Positions 52,158-62,021 of a DNA stretch of 64,000 nucleotides are shown one piece after another. The position numbers and the translations under genes were made by a program. The notes beneath the pieces are model-generated. The model had not been told where the DNA came from. It did not search any database and saw nothing but the letters and a program-made list of their open reading frames with translations. Position 1 is the stretch's first letter, and each line of letters opens with the position of its first letter. Location of the stretch: contig DATLXH010000026.1 of NCBI GenBank assembly GCA_035576005.1, positions 4,229 through 68,228 of the forward strand. Reading direction: 5' to 3'. The stretch is from Thermoanaerobaculia bacterium. Its GTDB lineage: Bacteria; Acidobacteriota; Thermoanaerobaculia; Gp7-AA8.

Positions 52158-53114
52158 TTATTCGTTTTTCGACCTCGGCATTGCGCCATCGTATGGAAAA
52201 GGGAGCCGTTTTGTCAGGATCGTGACAGCGACGTCGCGCCGGGCCTTCGCGAGAAGGTCGCTCAGGGCCTGACGCATCGAGTCTTCTTTGATCCGGGCGC
52301 GGATGATCGGCTCGGCCACCCCGAGCTCAACGACTCCTGCGGGTCGGCGTGCGTCGACCTGGAAGATGTGGAATGTGGAGTCCGCCCTGATCACGCGGCT
52401 GCCGGCTCCTGGAGTCATCCTGAAAATCTCCTCCTCGAACAGTTTGGGAAGCTGCCCGCGACTCACGAAGCCGATGTCACCGCCGCTTGCAGCATTCGGG
52501 GCGGTTGAGTGCTTCTCCGAGAGCTCGGCGAAGCTGGCGCCTCGACCGAGCTCGGTCACGATCTTGTTCGCGAGCTCTTCGTCGCGCACCAGGATCTGGC
52601 GGACATGGAGCTCCTCGCCGGTCGCAAATTCTTCCTTCCGACGCAGGTAATAGTCGCTCACGCGCTCAGCGGAAGGTTCCGGTACGTCTGCCGTTGCTCC
52701 CGATACGAGCTGCGCACGGCGAAGCTGGTCGCGTTTTTCGGCCGCGGTCGATCCGGGATCTTTCCGCACGGCTGCGGCGATGACGTCAGCGGGTATTTCG
52801 ACTCCACGCAGAGCTGCGTACTCAGAGAGGAGCACCTCTTCGAGGTACTGGTCCAGGAGGGCGCTCGATACGGTGGGCGCCATCTGCGCGAGATCAGTCC
52901 CGGCATTTCGCTCGAGGTAACGTTTGAAGTCATCAATCGTCGAGTAGCGGACCCCGACGCGGGCAATCGCCTGCGGAGGAATTCCAGCACTCTTCCGACA
53001 GGACGTTGCGAGAGTGGCGCAGCAGAGGCCGGCCAGAAGTGCCCATCGGGATGTAGACCACGGTTGCATGAAGGATTGGGGTGAGGAGCGGAGTCTAACA
53101 CGGCGCTGAGACAT
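52158..53114 (-). CDS. PpiC-type peptidyl-prolyl isomerase (second SurA/PrsA-like paralogue)
   Basis: Lipoprotein-like signal. Parvulin ELHVRQILVRDEELANKIVTELGRGASFAELSEKHS...GGDIGFVSRGQLP. Confidence 0.7.
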   Translation of the reverse strand: MSQRRVRLRSSPQSFMQPWSTSRWALLAGLCCATLATSCRKSAGIPPQAIARVGVRYSTIDDFKRYLERNAGTDLAQMAPTVSSALLDQYLEEVLLSEYAALRGVEIPADVIAAAVRKDPGSTAAEKRDQLRRAQLVSGATADVPEPSAERVSDYYLRRKEEFATGEELHVRQILVRDEELANKIVTELGRGASFAELSEKHSTAPNAASGGDIGFVSRGQLPKLFEEEIFRMTPGAGSRVIRADSTFHIFQVDARRPAGVVELGVAEPIIRARIKEDSMRQALSDLLAKARRDVAVTILTKRLPFPYDGAMPRSKNE

Positions 53115-53225
53115 GAACGCAGGCCGCGCATGCCAGGAATACGCGCGTTTTCAGCTCGGGATGAGACCGGTTCACTGACTGACGTCGTTGAGCCGCGAAG
53201 CGGCGTATCCCTCTCCCCGGCGGGG

Positions 53226-53374
53226 AGAGGGAAGCGAGCGGAGCGAAGAGAGGGAGAGGGGCGTGAAAGTCTTGCCAGTCCGTTGAAAAAAGGCGAGGTC
53301 TTCCTATCTCTCGCGGCCCCTCTCCCGGTCGCTTACGCGACCACCCTCTCCCCGCCGGGGAGAGGGATTCGCCC
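53226..53374. repeat. Two 23-bp GC palindromes (CCCTCTCCCCGGCGGGGAGAGGG / CCCTCTCCCCGCCGGGGAGAGGG) 126 bp apart, REP-like, with GAGAGGG-rich filler
   Basis: Direct reading of 53226-53248 and 53352-53374 in the ppiC-mfd intergenic region. Confidence 0.55.
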
Positions 53375-53496
53375 CCTTCGGGGCGCGAGTCCCGCCGGGT
53401 CATCACCTCTTCCCCAGCTGCCTCACGCTGTTAACCCGCTCGGATGACACCTGGCAGCGCGAAAAACGACATGGAACACACGGGGAGAAGGAGGCG

Positions 53497-56400
53497 CTAG
53501 GCCGCGAGCGACGTCAAAATCATCCCGATCTCGGCAATCACTTCACCGCCCGCCGATGCGAGTGGCAGCGAGAGCGCGCCTGCTGGAGAAAATCTGGCTC
53601 CCTCCTGCTCGTTGAGGAGAGTGAGGAGCCGCGCGGGATCGATTCGGGAATCCGGTCGCAGCTTGAGGACCACGCGCTGTCCTTCGCGAACCGCTGACAG
53701 CACCCCGATCGACTGCGCAAGCTGCTTGAGTTGAACGAACGCGATAAGGTTCTCAACGCTTGGAGGGAGTGCCCCGAAGCGATCGCGCATCTCCGATCGT
53801 ATGACCTCGAGCCTCTGAGCGTCCGCTGCCGAAGCAATCTTCTTGTAGAAGGTCATCCGGAGGCTCTCTTCATCCATGTAATCGCGTGGAATGTAGATGT
53901 CCACTCCAAGATTCATCGACGTGTCGACAGCCTCCTCGACCTTCTCTCCTTTCATCTCCTTGACTGCCTCGTCGAGGAGCTTGACGTACATTTCGAAACC
54001 GACGGCCGCAATCTGACCCGACTGTTCGCCTCCGAGGATGTTCCCGCCTCCCCGTATCTCCAGATCCCTCGCGGCGATACGGAATCCCGCACCGAGGTCG
54101 GAAAACTCCTGGATCGCTGCCAGACGCTTCCGGGCATCGGAGCTGAGGATTTTGTCGGAGGGGACCAGCAGATAGCAGAAGGCGAGGCGATCGCTTCTGC
54201 CTACCCTTCCACGAAGCTGATAGAGCTGAGACAGGCCGAAACGCTCGGCATGGTTGATCAGGATTGTGTTGCAGGCCGGGATGTCGATTCCATTCTCGAT
54301 GATCGTCGTCGCAAGGAGAACGTCGAACTCACGCGCGATGAACGCGCCCATGGCCTTTTCGAGCTCGCGCTCGTCCATCTGCCCGTGACCGACGATCACT
54401 CGGAGCCCCGGTACGATCTTCTCGAGGCTCTCCTTCATCGCGTAGATCGACTCCACCCGATTGTGTACGAAAAAGATCTGGCCTCCTCGACCTAGTTCGA
54501 ACTCAATTGCTTCACGGATGAATTCGAAGTTGTAGGGAACGACGGCGGTCTGGATCGCGAGTCGGTCTTTTGGAGGCGTCTCGATGACCGATATGTCGCG
54601 AATGCCGACGAGAGACATGTGCAGGGTTCTTGGGATCGGCGTGGCCGACATCGACAGGACGTCTACCGCCTTTTTGAGTTGCTTGAGCTTCTCCTTCTGG
54701 CCGACGCCGAAGCGCTGCTCTTCGTCGATGACTACGAGACCGAGGTCTTTGAACTGAAGGTCCTTCGAGAGGACGCGATGCGTGCCGATGACAATATCGA
54801 TCTCACCGGAGCCGAGTTTTGCGACCAGCTCTTTCTGTTCTTTTGCCGAGTAATACCGGCTGAGTAACGCGATCGATACGGGAAACGACGCGAAGCGCCG
54901 CATGAAGGTCCGATGATGCTGATAGGCGAGGATTGTGGTGGGCGCAAGGAAGGCGACCTGCTTTCCGTCCATCACGGCCTTGAACGCAGCGCGCATTGCG
55001 ACTTCCGTCTTTCCGTATCCGACATCGCCGCAGAGAAGGCGGTCCATTGGCTTGTGCGACTCCATGTCGCTTTTGAGATCTTCGATCGCGGAGAGCTGGT
55101 CGTCCGTCTCGTCAAACTCGAAAGACTCTTCGAATTCGAATTGCCAGGGCGAGTCCTTACTGAAGCGATGGCCTTTGACCATCTGCCGCGTGGCGTAGAG
55201 CTTGAGCAGCTCGTCAGCCATGTCGCGCATCGCTTTTTTCACGCTTGCTTTGGTTCGAGCCCAGCTGGTTCCGCCAAGCTTGTCGAGCCTGGGAGGTGTC
55301 TCGGCGCCCCCTGAGTATTTCTGGATGAGATTGAGACTCTCCATCGGCAGCAGCAGCTTGCCGCCATCGTGATACTCGAGCTCCATCACTTCGCGATCAG
55401 TCTCACCGAATGGAATGCGTTGTAGTCCCTTGAATCGCGCGACTCCGTGATCGACGTGAACGATGTAATCACCGACCTTGAGATCACGGAGATCGGTCAG
55501 GAATGCCTGGGTCGCCTTTTTGCGGCTCACAGTGCTGCTGCCGCTGGTTGGGGGATCGAACAGGTCCCACTCGGAAAGAATTGACAATCCCGCTTCGCGG
55601 AATCGAAATCCGCGCGCCAGCGCGCCGTTCGTCACGGTCAGTACCGGGGCGGGAGTGTCCCCTTCATCCCGGTAAGGTACGGAGAACTCACGGAGGAGGC
55701 GCTCGATCTTCTCGCGGCCGCCGCGTGTTGCGATAAAGAGGATGGGGTTGAGCCCGGCCGCAATTTCCTCCTGGAGGAACGCTGCGAGCTCACCCAGACG
55801 GTTGACGAAGACTTCCGCAGCCGGAGCCGCGATGTGCAGCGCTTGTCTGTCGTCGCGACCCTCGATTCTGAGCTCTGACATCGCGAGGTGAGCCCGGTCC
55901 AGGAAACTGCTGATCTCCGAAGGTGGCGTCAGTAGTTTTTCGGGAGGGTAGATCGCCTTGCCTTTCCCGGCCGCTATCTCGTACTCGTTGCGCAGCAATT
56001 CCCCATATTTTTCGATCGAGTTTCGGACCTGATCGGGCTCGAAAACGGTAACCAGCCAATCCTCGCCGAGGTAATCGGGAAATGAGACGCTGGCTGAAGC
56101 GATCGGAAGGTAATGGTCGAGCCCAGGGAAGCTCGCGCCCTCGCTGAGCCGTTCGACCTTGTCGTTGAGGTCGCGCTTGTACAGAGGGTCATTGAAGTCG
56201 ACCGACAAGCGTCGCGCGAGCGCCGTGCGCGATTGCTTATCAAACGGAAACTGCGCGACCGGCTCGATATTGAAGGACGCGAGGTGATCGCTCGAGCGCT
56301 GCGTTTCAGCATCGAAATGACGAAGCGACTCGACGTTGTCACCGAACAACTCGATTCGCACCGGCAGGTCTGCGTTGGGAGGATAGAAGTCGAGAATCCC

Positions 56401-57048
56401 GCCACGAAACGCGAACTCGCCGATCTCCCCCACGAGGTCCGTTCTGACGAAACCGTTCTCGACAAACTTCTGGAGCAGCTCTTTCACATCGAGCTCAGTG
56501 CCGGTTGTGATTGTCGTGATTCGCGAAGCGAAGCTGGCTGGCTCCGGAAGGCGGTTGAACAGGGCTCGCACCGGGAGCACCAGCGTGTCGACGGACCGTG
56601 TCACCAATCGACCAAGAGTTCGGACTTCCTCTCGCACCACTGCCAGTGAGGGGGCTACCTCCTGATAGGGAGAGAGTGACGGCGCGGGGAAGCCTGCTAC
56701 CGAGGAAGGGTCACGGTGAAAAAGCTCGAGTGCGCGCAGCAGTTGGGATGAATCAACCTCTCCCGGAACGACGATGACTAATGGTCTCTTCGCGAGCTCC
56801 TGGATGCTGCTCAACAGAGCGGCTCTTGCCTCGAGAGAGAGTCCGGTGATCTCGACCTTTTTCTGGTCCAGCGTGCTGACGAGATGGTGGACCTGGTCGG
56901 AAATCGTAAGGTGACGCCGGATCTCGCTGAGAAGAGCAGCGTTTCGTGGTTCAGTCATTGTGCAGGAAGGTTGAGTCGTCAGGTAGCGTTGGCGGGCGAG
57001 CCCATCCGGTAACGGGCGAAGAATCCCCGGCATTTCGAGGTCGTTCAC
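53497..57048 (-). CDS. mfd: Transcription-repair coupling factor
   Basis: 1183 aa. UvrB-homology N-terminus, RecG-like helicase motifs ([19 protein letters not shown]), TRG motif, C-terminal TRCF domain. Confidence 0.95.
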   Translation of the reverse strand: MNDLEMPGILRPLPDGLARQRYLTTQPSCTMTEPRNAALLSEIRRHLTISDQVHHLVSTLDQKKVEITGLSLEARAALLSSIQELAKRPLVIVVPGEVDSSQLLRALELFHRDPSSVAGFPAPSLSPYQEVAPSLAVVREEVRTLGRLVTRSVDTLVLPVRALFNRLPEPASFASRITTITTGTELDVKELLQKFVENGFVRTDLVGEIGEFAFRGGILDFYPPNADLPVRIELFGDNVESLRHFDAETQRSSDHLASFNIEPVAQFPFDKQSRTALARRLSVDFNDPLYKRDLNDKVERLSEGASFPGLDHYLPIASASVSFPDYLGEDWLVTVFEPDQVRNSIEKYGELLRNEYEIAAGKGKAIYPPEKLLTPPSEISSFLDRAHLAMSELRIEGRDDRQALHIAAPAAEVFVNRLGELAAFLQEEIAAGLNPILFIATRGGREKIERLLREFSVPYRDEGDTPAPVLTVTNGALARGFRFREAGLSILSEWDLFDPPTSGSSTVSRKKATQAFLTDLRDLKVGDYIVHVDHGVARFKGLQRIPFGETDREVMELEYHDGGKLLLPMESLNLIQKYSGGAETPPRLDKLGGTSWARTKASVKKAMRDMADELLKLYATRQMVKGHRFSKDSPWQFEFEESFEFDETDDQLSAIEDLKSDMESHKPMDRLLCGDVGYGKTEVAMRAAFKAVMDGKQVAFLAPTTILAYQHHRTFMRRFASFPVSIALLSRYYSAKEQKELVAKLGSGEIDIVIGTHRVLSKDLQFKDLGLVVIDEEQRFGVGQKEKLKQLKKAVDVLSMSATPIPRTLHMSLVGIRDISVIETPPKDRLAIQTAVVPYNFEFIREAIEFELGRGGQIFFVHNRVESIYAMKESLEKIVPGLRVIVGHGQMDERELEKAMGAFIAREFDVLLATTIIENGIDIPACNTILINHAERFGLSQLYQLRGRVGRSDRLAFCYLLVPSDKILSSDARKRLAAIQEFSDLGAGFRIAARDLEIRGGGNILGGEQSGQIAAVGFEMYVKLLDEAVKEMKGEKVEEAVDTSMNLGVDIYIPRDYMDEESLRMTFYKKIASAADAQRLEVIRSEMRDRFGALPPSVENLIAFVQLKQLAQSIGVLSAVREGQRVVLKLRPDSRIDPARLLTLLNEQEGARFSPAGALSLPLASAGGEVIAEIGMILTSLAA

Positions 57049-57174
57049 AGCGAGAGGGCTTTCTAGCAGATGACACGCTGACCGATCGAAAGCGTGGCGA
57101 CCTTCGGCGTCTACATCCTCCGCACCAATCGCGGCAAGACGGGGAACGTGCGCGCGCTCAAGCTACGGAGACAT

Positions 57175-59376
57175 CTATTGCACTCTGGCCGGTGAAGGTG
57201 GACGGACTCCGTAGATTCGTCGGTATTCATTTCGATTTCGCGTGACGTTCTTCACGTAGAGCTTGGTTTCCGCGTACGGAATCGATTCGATGAAAATGTC
57301 GATGTCATCGGTGGGAGTTCTCGCAAGCCATCGGTTGACCGGGGTTTCGCCGGCGTTGTAAGCGGCGATTGCAAGCGTCTCACGGCCGTTCAATGCGTCA
57401 ATTTTCTGTCGAAGTTCCGCGGCACCCATCGTGATGTTGATCGAAGGATTGAACAGATCCTCTCTCGAAGGTGGGGTGATGTTCCCGAGCGTTGCGATCC
57501 GGGTGGCTTCGGCCGGCATCAGCTGCATGAGTCCCACGGCTCCCGCACTGGAAACCACGGTCGGGTCGAAGCCGCTCTCCTGCCTGATCACCGAGGCGAT
57601 CAGGTAGGGATCGACGTTGTACTTTTCCGCTGCGGGCCAGAGAACATCTCCGTAAGGCAGAGGGAAGACCATCTCCCAGAATTTCTTTGGTGCCCCCGGC
57701 GCGCCGCGGCGGATCTGTTCACGGAAGCGACGCTGCAGAAGCGAGTTTGCTCCCATCGTTTGTCCAGCTTCGGAGTAGAGTTCGGCCAGACGGTAGGCCA
57801 AAGTCAGATTGGATGGATCACGGGCGGCGAGTAGCCGAACCTCGGCCGCGGCTTCTCTCTGCATTCCGATCTGGAGCAGCTCCGCCACAAGGGCGAGGCC
57901 GGCCTCGTGGTCAGGCATGCTGATCCCGAGATCCGGGAAGCTGCTCGCGACGTCCTGTGGTACGCCGGCTCCGGGAGGCATCCCGAGGATTTCTCTGGCG
58001 CGATACGCGTAATAACTGTAGGGATAGAGCTGAATCAACCGGTTGAAAGACGCGTCTCGTTTGGCGTTGTCGTTATTTCGAGCGTGAATTTTCCCTGACC
58101 AGAAGAGCGAGTTCGTTGCGTAATCAGAATTCGGGAAGGCCTTCAAATACTTGTCGTAGGTGGCCAGAGCTTCCGAATCTTTTTTCGCGACGGTGTAAGT
58201 CCATCCGAGGGTCCAGAGGTTCTCTCCCTGCTCGCCTGCGGCGCCAGCATCGACGGCCTGAGTCAGGTAGCTGATGGCTTTGTCGGAATTCATTTCATCA
58301 GTGACGTAGTACTTGCCGAGTTGAAGCTTCGCCGCGGTAGCTTCCGGCGAGGCCGGGTATTTGGTAATGATCTCGTCGAGAATCCGGAGGAATTCTGAGT
58401 TGCGATCCGTTCTCCAGAATGCTCGTGCCCGCAGGAACTGCATCGCGACATAGTTGTCGTCGGCAGTTGTGAAATTCTCGGCGATCACCGAGTCATAACG
58501 CCTCGTGTTGAAAAAGGAACGGGCGCGAAGCGCACGGAGAGCCCCCGAGCTGGCTTTATCGGGGAAACGTCGCGCGATCCTTTCCAGAAGGTCGATTGCC
58601 TGATCGTAACGATTTACCTTCCCAATCCGATCGGCCAGCGCAGCACTATCCTCGTATGTGAGTTGATCGAGAGGGGCGCCCTCGCCCGCCTGAAGATTGC
58701 CGTACGTCTTTTCCGTGTATCGCCCCTGGGGATATTTTCGCAGGATTCGAAGGCGCAGTTGAGTAGCAAGATCCTTCATTCCGGCCGAGTCGAGTAGCCC
58801 GGCTGTGGAGACAAGGTCCGCTTCTGTGTACTCGTCGATCTCGACCGATTCGAGCATCTGGAGCTGAGCGGTTGCATTCGTCCGGTCGCCTGCCAGGGCG
58901 TAGAGACCCGGTAGCCGAACCTGGGCGGTCCGGGCTGCTGACGACGTGGGGCTCTCGGCAAGAATCTGCTGGCCCGTTGCGATCGCCTCGAGCGGTTTGC
59001 CGAGCTTCTGCTGAGCAGTCATCAGGCGGAGCCGCAGCACAGGAGCCAGGGTGGGGGATGCGCCGATCGCGGTTGCAAGAGAGCTTGCGGCTTCCTGCGG
59101 ACGATCCTTCTCGAGGTAAAGAAGTCCCAGCATCGCGATCGCGCGCGATCGCGTCTGGGGATCCGGGGAGATCGCGAGGCCGCGAAGTCCCGCCTCGGCC
59201 GACTCCCAATTACCTGCGCCCTGGGCCTCTCGGACGGCGCTGATATCTGCCGGCGCGGCTGGCGGGAGAGCGGCGGGTCGAACAACGAGCGGTGTGGAGG
59301 TCGTACGAGTCTGGCCGCACGCTGCGGCGAAGCCCGTACCCACAACTACAATAAGAGCGAGTGATGTGCGTTTCAC
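57175..59376 (-). CDS. Soluble lytic murein transglycosylase (Slt70-like, superhelical TPR-like domain + SLT domain)
   Basis: Lipoprotein signal MKRTSLALIVVVGTGFAAAC. SLT catalytic region ASVIRQESGFDPTVVSSAGAVGLMQLMP. Confidence 0.85.
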   Translation of the reverse strand: MKRTSLALIVVVGTGFAAACGQTRTTSTPLVVRPAALPPAAPADISAVREAQGAGNWESAEAGLRGLAISPDPQTRSRAIAMLGLLYLEKDRPQEAASSLATAIGASPTLAPVLRLRLMTAQQKLGKPLEAIATGQQILAESPTSSAARTAQVRLPGLYALAGDRTNATAQLQMLESVEIDEYTEADLVSTAGLLDSAGMKDLATQLRLRILRKYPQGRYTEKTYGNLQAGEGAPLDQLTYEDSAALADRIGKVNRYDQAIDLLERIARRFPDKASSGALRALRARSFFNTRRYDSVIAENFTTADDNYVAMQFLRARAFWRTDRNSEFLRILDEIITKYPASPEATAAKLQLGKYYVTDEMNSDKAISYLTQAVDAGAAGEQGENLWTLGWTYTVAKKDSEALATYDKYLKAFPNSDYATNSLFWSGKIHARNNDNAKRDASFNRLIQLYPYSYYAYRAREILGMPPGAGVPQDVASSFPDLGISMPDHEAGLALVAELLQIGMQREAAAEVRLLAARDPSNLTLAYRLAELYSEAGQTMGANSLLQRRFREQIRRGAPGAPKKFWEMVFPLPYGDVLWPAAEKYNVDPYLIASVIRQESGFDPTVVSSAGAVGLMQLMPAEATRIATLGNITPPSREDLFNPSINITMGAAELRQKIDALNGRETLAIAAYNAGETPVNRWLARTPTDDIDIFIESIPYAETKLYVKNVTRNRNEYRRIYGVRPPSPARVQ

Positions 59377-59765
59377 GATTCCCTCTCCTCGGCGCGCCCG
59401 GCAATTTTTTTCGTCAGCGTCGTTGCGTCAAATCCGGTGGATGTGAAGAAGCCGGCGGCGTAACAGTCGTTTGCGACAGCGAGTTCTGTAAGACCTTCTA
59501 CGGCTGCAAGTCTTTCGATCTCCCGCATGAAGATGGTTCCTGCACGCTTGCGCCGTAGCGGTTGGGAGACAAAGATCTTCTGGATCGTCAGCTGAGTCTC
59601 CGCTTCCCGGGTGAGCGCGAAAGCGACGACGTCACCGGCGAGCTTACCCAGAAAGCCAGCCAGTTCTCCCTCCGCTCTTGCGGTGTCTATGCCGGAATCG
59701 AGATGTCTGATCTCGCTCCAGTCACTTACGAGGATTCGTCGAACAAAGAGTTTTTGACCTTTCAT
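59373..59765 (-). CDS. GNAT-family N-acetyltransferase (putative)
   Basis: 130 aa. RRKRAGTIFMREIERLA resembles the GNAT motif A (R/Q-x-x-G-x-G/A) region. Overlaps the slt start by 4 bp. Weak assignment. Confidence 0.4.
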   Translation of the reverse strand: MKGQKLFVRRILVSDWSEIRHLDSGIDTARAEGELAGFLGKLAGDVVAFALTREAETQLTIQKIFVSQPLRRKRAGTIFMREIERLAAVEGLTELAVANDCYAAGFFTSTGFDATTLTKKIAGRAEERES

Positions 59766-59895
59766 CGAGCGTCCTGGGGACTGGTCTCCGTGACGAGGGG
59801 ACCCGATCGATCAACTATAGACGTTACGTTGCGGTAAACCCGTTCGGATTCCTCCCTGAATGGGAAGTTTGAGGTCCAGCATCAGTTATACTGTT

Positions 59896-59927
59896 CAAAA
59901 TAAATATTTTCTTGACAAAAACTCCAA
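59896..59927 (+). promoter_or_regulatory. Candidate sigma-70-like promoter (TTGACA-N16-TACACT) in an AT-rich patch upstream of the recombinase gene
   Basis: ttcttgacaaaaactccaacggatttacactgacg. Local GC drops to about 35% over 59880-59960. Confidence 0.3.
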
Positions 59928-59978
59928 CGGATTTACACTGACGGCACCTCCCCTTAGGTTCCAAAGAATCCAAAGAAG

Positions 59979-60995
59979 ATGACAACTATGAACGTTCAAC
60001 AGGCGATCGACCGCTTTCTCGAAGACGGACACACCCGGAATCTCTCCGAACGCACCCTGCGCGCGTACCAGTCGGACCTCACGCAGTTTCAGCACCATGT
60101 GAGTGATGCCGCTGCTACGGAGATTACACACGACGTGCTCGAAAAGTACCTCGAGATGCTCGGCACCGGGGCCTATCGTGATACGTCTATCCGGCGCAAG
60201 GTCGCTGCACTTAAGGTCTTTTTCCGATATCTCGAGGAAGACGGCGTCGTTACGGCTTCGCCTGCAAAGATGCTCAAGATTAAGCAGCCGGTCGAGAACC
60301 GGATGCCTGTAGTGCTGTCCAATCGTGAGATTAAAGCTCTTCTGGCAGCTCCTAAAAAGCTGATCGAACGGCTTGCGTCCCGCCAGAACGATTCTGCAGG
60401 GGGGCGAAATCGCTTCTTCTGCGCGGTCCGCGACAATCTCATCATCGAGTTGCTGCTCACCACCGGCATGAGGATCGGTGAGCTCGTCGCCCTGGATGTG
60501 TCCGATGTGGAGCGCGAATCCTCGCAGTTGCGCATCACGGGGCGTTCGATGCGCGGCAGATCCGTGTCCATCACCTCGGCTCCGATCATTGAGCTCCTCA
60601 ACAACTATCTCGAGATGAGAAGCGAGCGGAAGCCCGATACGACAGCGCTGTTCATCGGTCGCTCGGGGACACGATTGACCATCTACTCCATCGAGAACAT
60701 CTTCAAGAAGCATGTGCGAGTTGCCGAGATCAAACGTCATGTGACTCCGCATTCGCTGCGGCACACGATGGCTGCAAATCTGGTCAACAGCGGTACCGAC
60801 ATCCGTGCGGTGCAGGAGATGCTGGGGCACGCTTCGATTCTCTCGACGCAGGTCTACACAAAGCTGCCGCCGTTGCGTGCCCGACGAAAGGTGGAATCTC
60901 GTGACGTTCCTGTCGTGGTACTGGCGGAAGCGTCGAGCGACATGTCACCAGAGCAGACGGTTCCTGTCGACCGCCTTTCGATTCGCAGGAAGTAA
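59979..60995 (+). CDS. Tyrosine site-specific recombinase, XerC/XerD family
   Basis: N-terminal SAM-like domain (RTLRAYQSDLTQF). Catalytic R...HxLRH...Y: HSLRHTMAANLVNSGTDIRAVQEMLGHASILSTQVYTKL. Confidence 0.85.
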   Translation: MTTMNVQQAIDRFLEDGHTRNLSERTLRAYQSDLTQFQHHVSDAAATEITHDVLEKYLEMLGTGAYRDTSIRRKVAALKVFFRYLEEDGVVTASPAKMLKIKQPVENRMPVVLSNREIKALLAAPKKLIERLASRQNDSAGGRNRFFCAVRDNLIIELLLTTGMRIGELVALDVSDVERESSQLRITGRSMRGRSVSITSAPIIELLNNYLEMRSERKPDTTALFIGRSGTRLTIYSIENIFKKHVRVAEIKRHVTPHSLRHTMAANLVNSGTDIRAVQEMLGHASILSTQVYTKLPPLRARRKVESRDVPVVVLAEASSDMSPEQTVPVDRLSIRRK

Positions 60996-61142
60996 CTCTG
61001 GCCGTTGTCATTGCGCTTCAGCATGTGCTGTCGCGCGTCGGCCACCTGCTCTCAGCTCAGTTGGTAGAGTACAAGCTTCCCAAGCTTGGTGTCGTGGCCC
61101 GGCAGGCTGCGTTTGACTGTGTCGCACAGGCACACATAAACT

Positions 61143-61379
61143 GTGTTCATGAAGAATATCACCCTCAGTGTCGACGAGAAGGTCCTCTCCGCGGTGCGAC
61201 AACATGCCGCCGCGCGCTCGACGTCAGTCAACCAGATCGTCCGCGACTATCTCGGCGAGATTGCGCAGCGCGACAATCGTGCGCGCGGGGCGCGCCGGCG
61301 TCTGCGCTCGCTCAGCAATCGTTCGGTCGCGAAGATCGGGCGTGCTTCGTGGACTCGCCAGGAGCTCCATGAGCGTTGA
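61143..61379 (+). CDS. vapB: Type II antitoxin (VapB-like)
   Basis: 78 aa. ITLSVDEKVLSAVRQHAAARSTSVNQIVRDYL DNA-binding antitoxin fold. Stop overlaps the PIN gene start (ATG at 61369). Confidence 0.6.
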   Translation: MFMKNITLSVDEKVLSAVRQHAAARSTSVNQIVRDYLGEIAQRDNRARGARRRLRSLSNRSVAKIGRASWTRQELHER

Positions 61380-61782
61380 CTGTTTTCTCGATACGAACGT
61401 GATCGTCTACGCTGCGGCCGGGCGTGGCGGCGAGAGCGCAAAGCGCAAACGCGCTCTCGATCTTATCGAGACTCGCGAGTTCGGACTCTCAGCCCAGGTC
61501 CTCCAGGAGTTCTACGTCACGGTCGTTCACAAGATCGAGATCCCTCTCGCGCCAATCGAGGCACTCGAGTGGATCGAGCAACTCGAAGCGTTTCCGTGTC
61601 TCCCCGTCGATTCCGGACTCGTGAAGGTCGCCGCCGAGCTCAGCCTCCGGCACCGAATCTCGTATTGGGACGGAGCGATCCTCGCTGCGGCGGAGTCTCT
61701 GGGCGCAGCGGTCCTCTATAGCGAGGATCTCAGCCACGGTCAACGTTACGGACTCGTTCAAGTCCTGAATCCTTTCATGTAG
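61369..61782 (+). CDS. vapC: PIN-domain toxin (VapC-like ribonuclease)
   Basis: CFLDTNVIVYAA (first acidic residue), SAQVLQEF, WDGAILAAAESLGAAVLYSEDL. 137 aa. The six-frame ORF 61168..61782 is an out-of-context 5' extension. Confidence 0.75.
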   Translation: MSVDCFLDTNVIVYAAAGRGGESAKRKRALDLIETREFGLSAQVLQEFYVTVVHKIEIPLAPIEALEWIEQLEAFPCLPVDSGLVKVAAELSLRHRISYWDGAILAAAESLGAAVLYSEDLSHGQRYGLVQVLNPFM

Positions 61783-62021
61783 GAGCTTCCCAACTCTTGT
61801 GATCATCCGACATCACCTTGGCCATCAATGTGGCCCCCTCGGACCTGATTGGCATGCTTGCAGAGCCGCGTGGCCAACACGTCCGCCGCGGTGGCGAGCG
61901 GCGTGATGCGCAACGGCGGTGCGGGCTCAACCCGTGAATCACGGATCCATCTTGCTGACGAGCGCCATTGGGATCGCATCAAGGTTGACGCGACTCCATC
62001 GGCAAGGCCATAGTTCGCTCG

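Noticed and set aside
59979-60995. Integron integrase / phage integrase call for the recombinase
   Set aside because: - It has no integron-specific extra domain or attI/attC-like repeats.
- The sequence fits generic XerC/D.
- Mobile-element association is left as a hypothesis only (see findings).
61168-61368. N-terminal 67-aa extension of the PIN-toxin ORF
   Set aside because: - It is out of frame with the well-formed vapB gene occupying the same DNA.
- It is Arg/Ser-rich junk.
- The toxin starts at 61369, overlapping the vapB stop.
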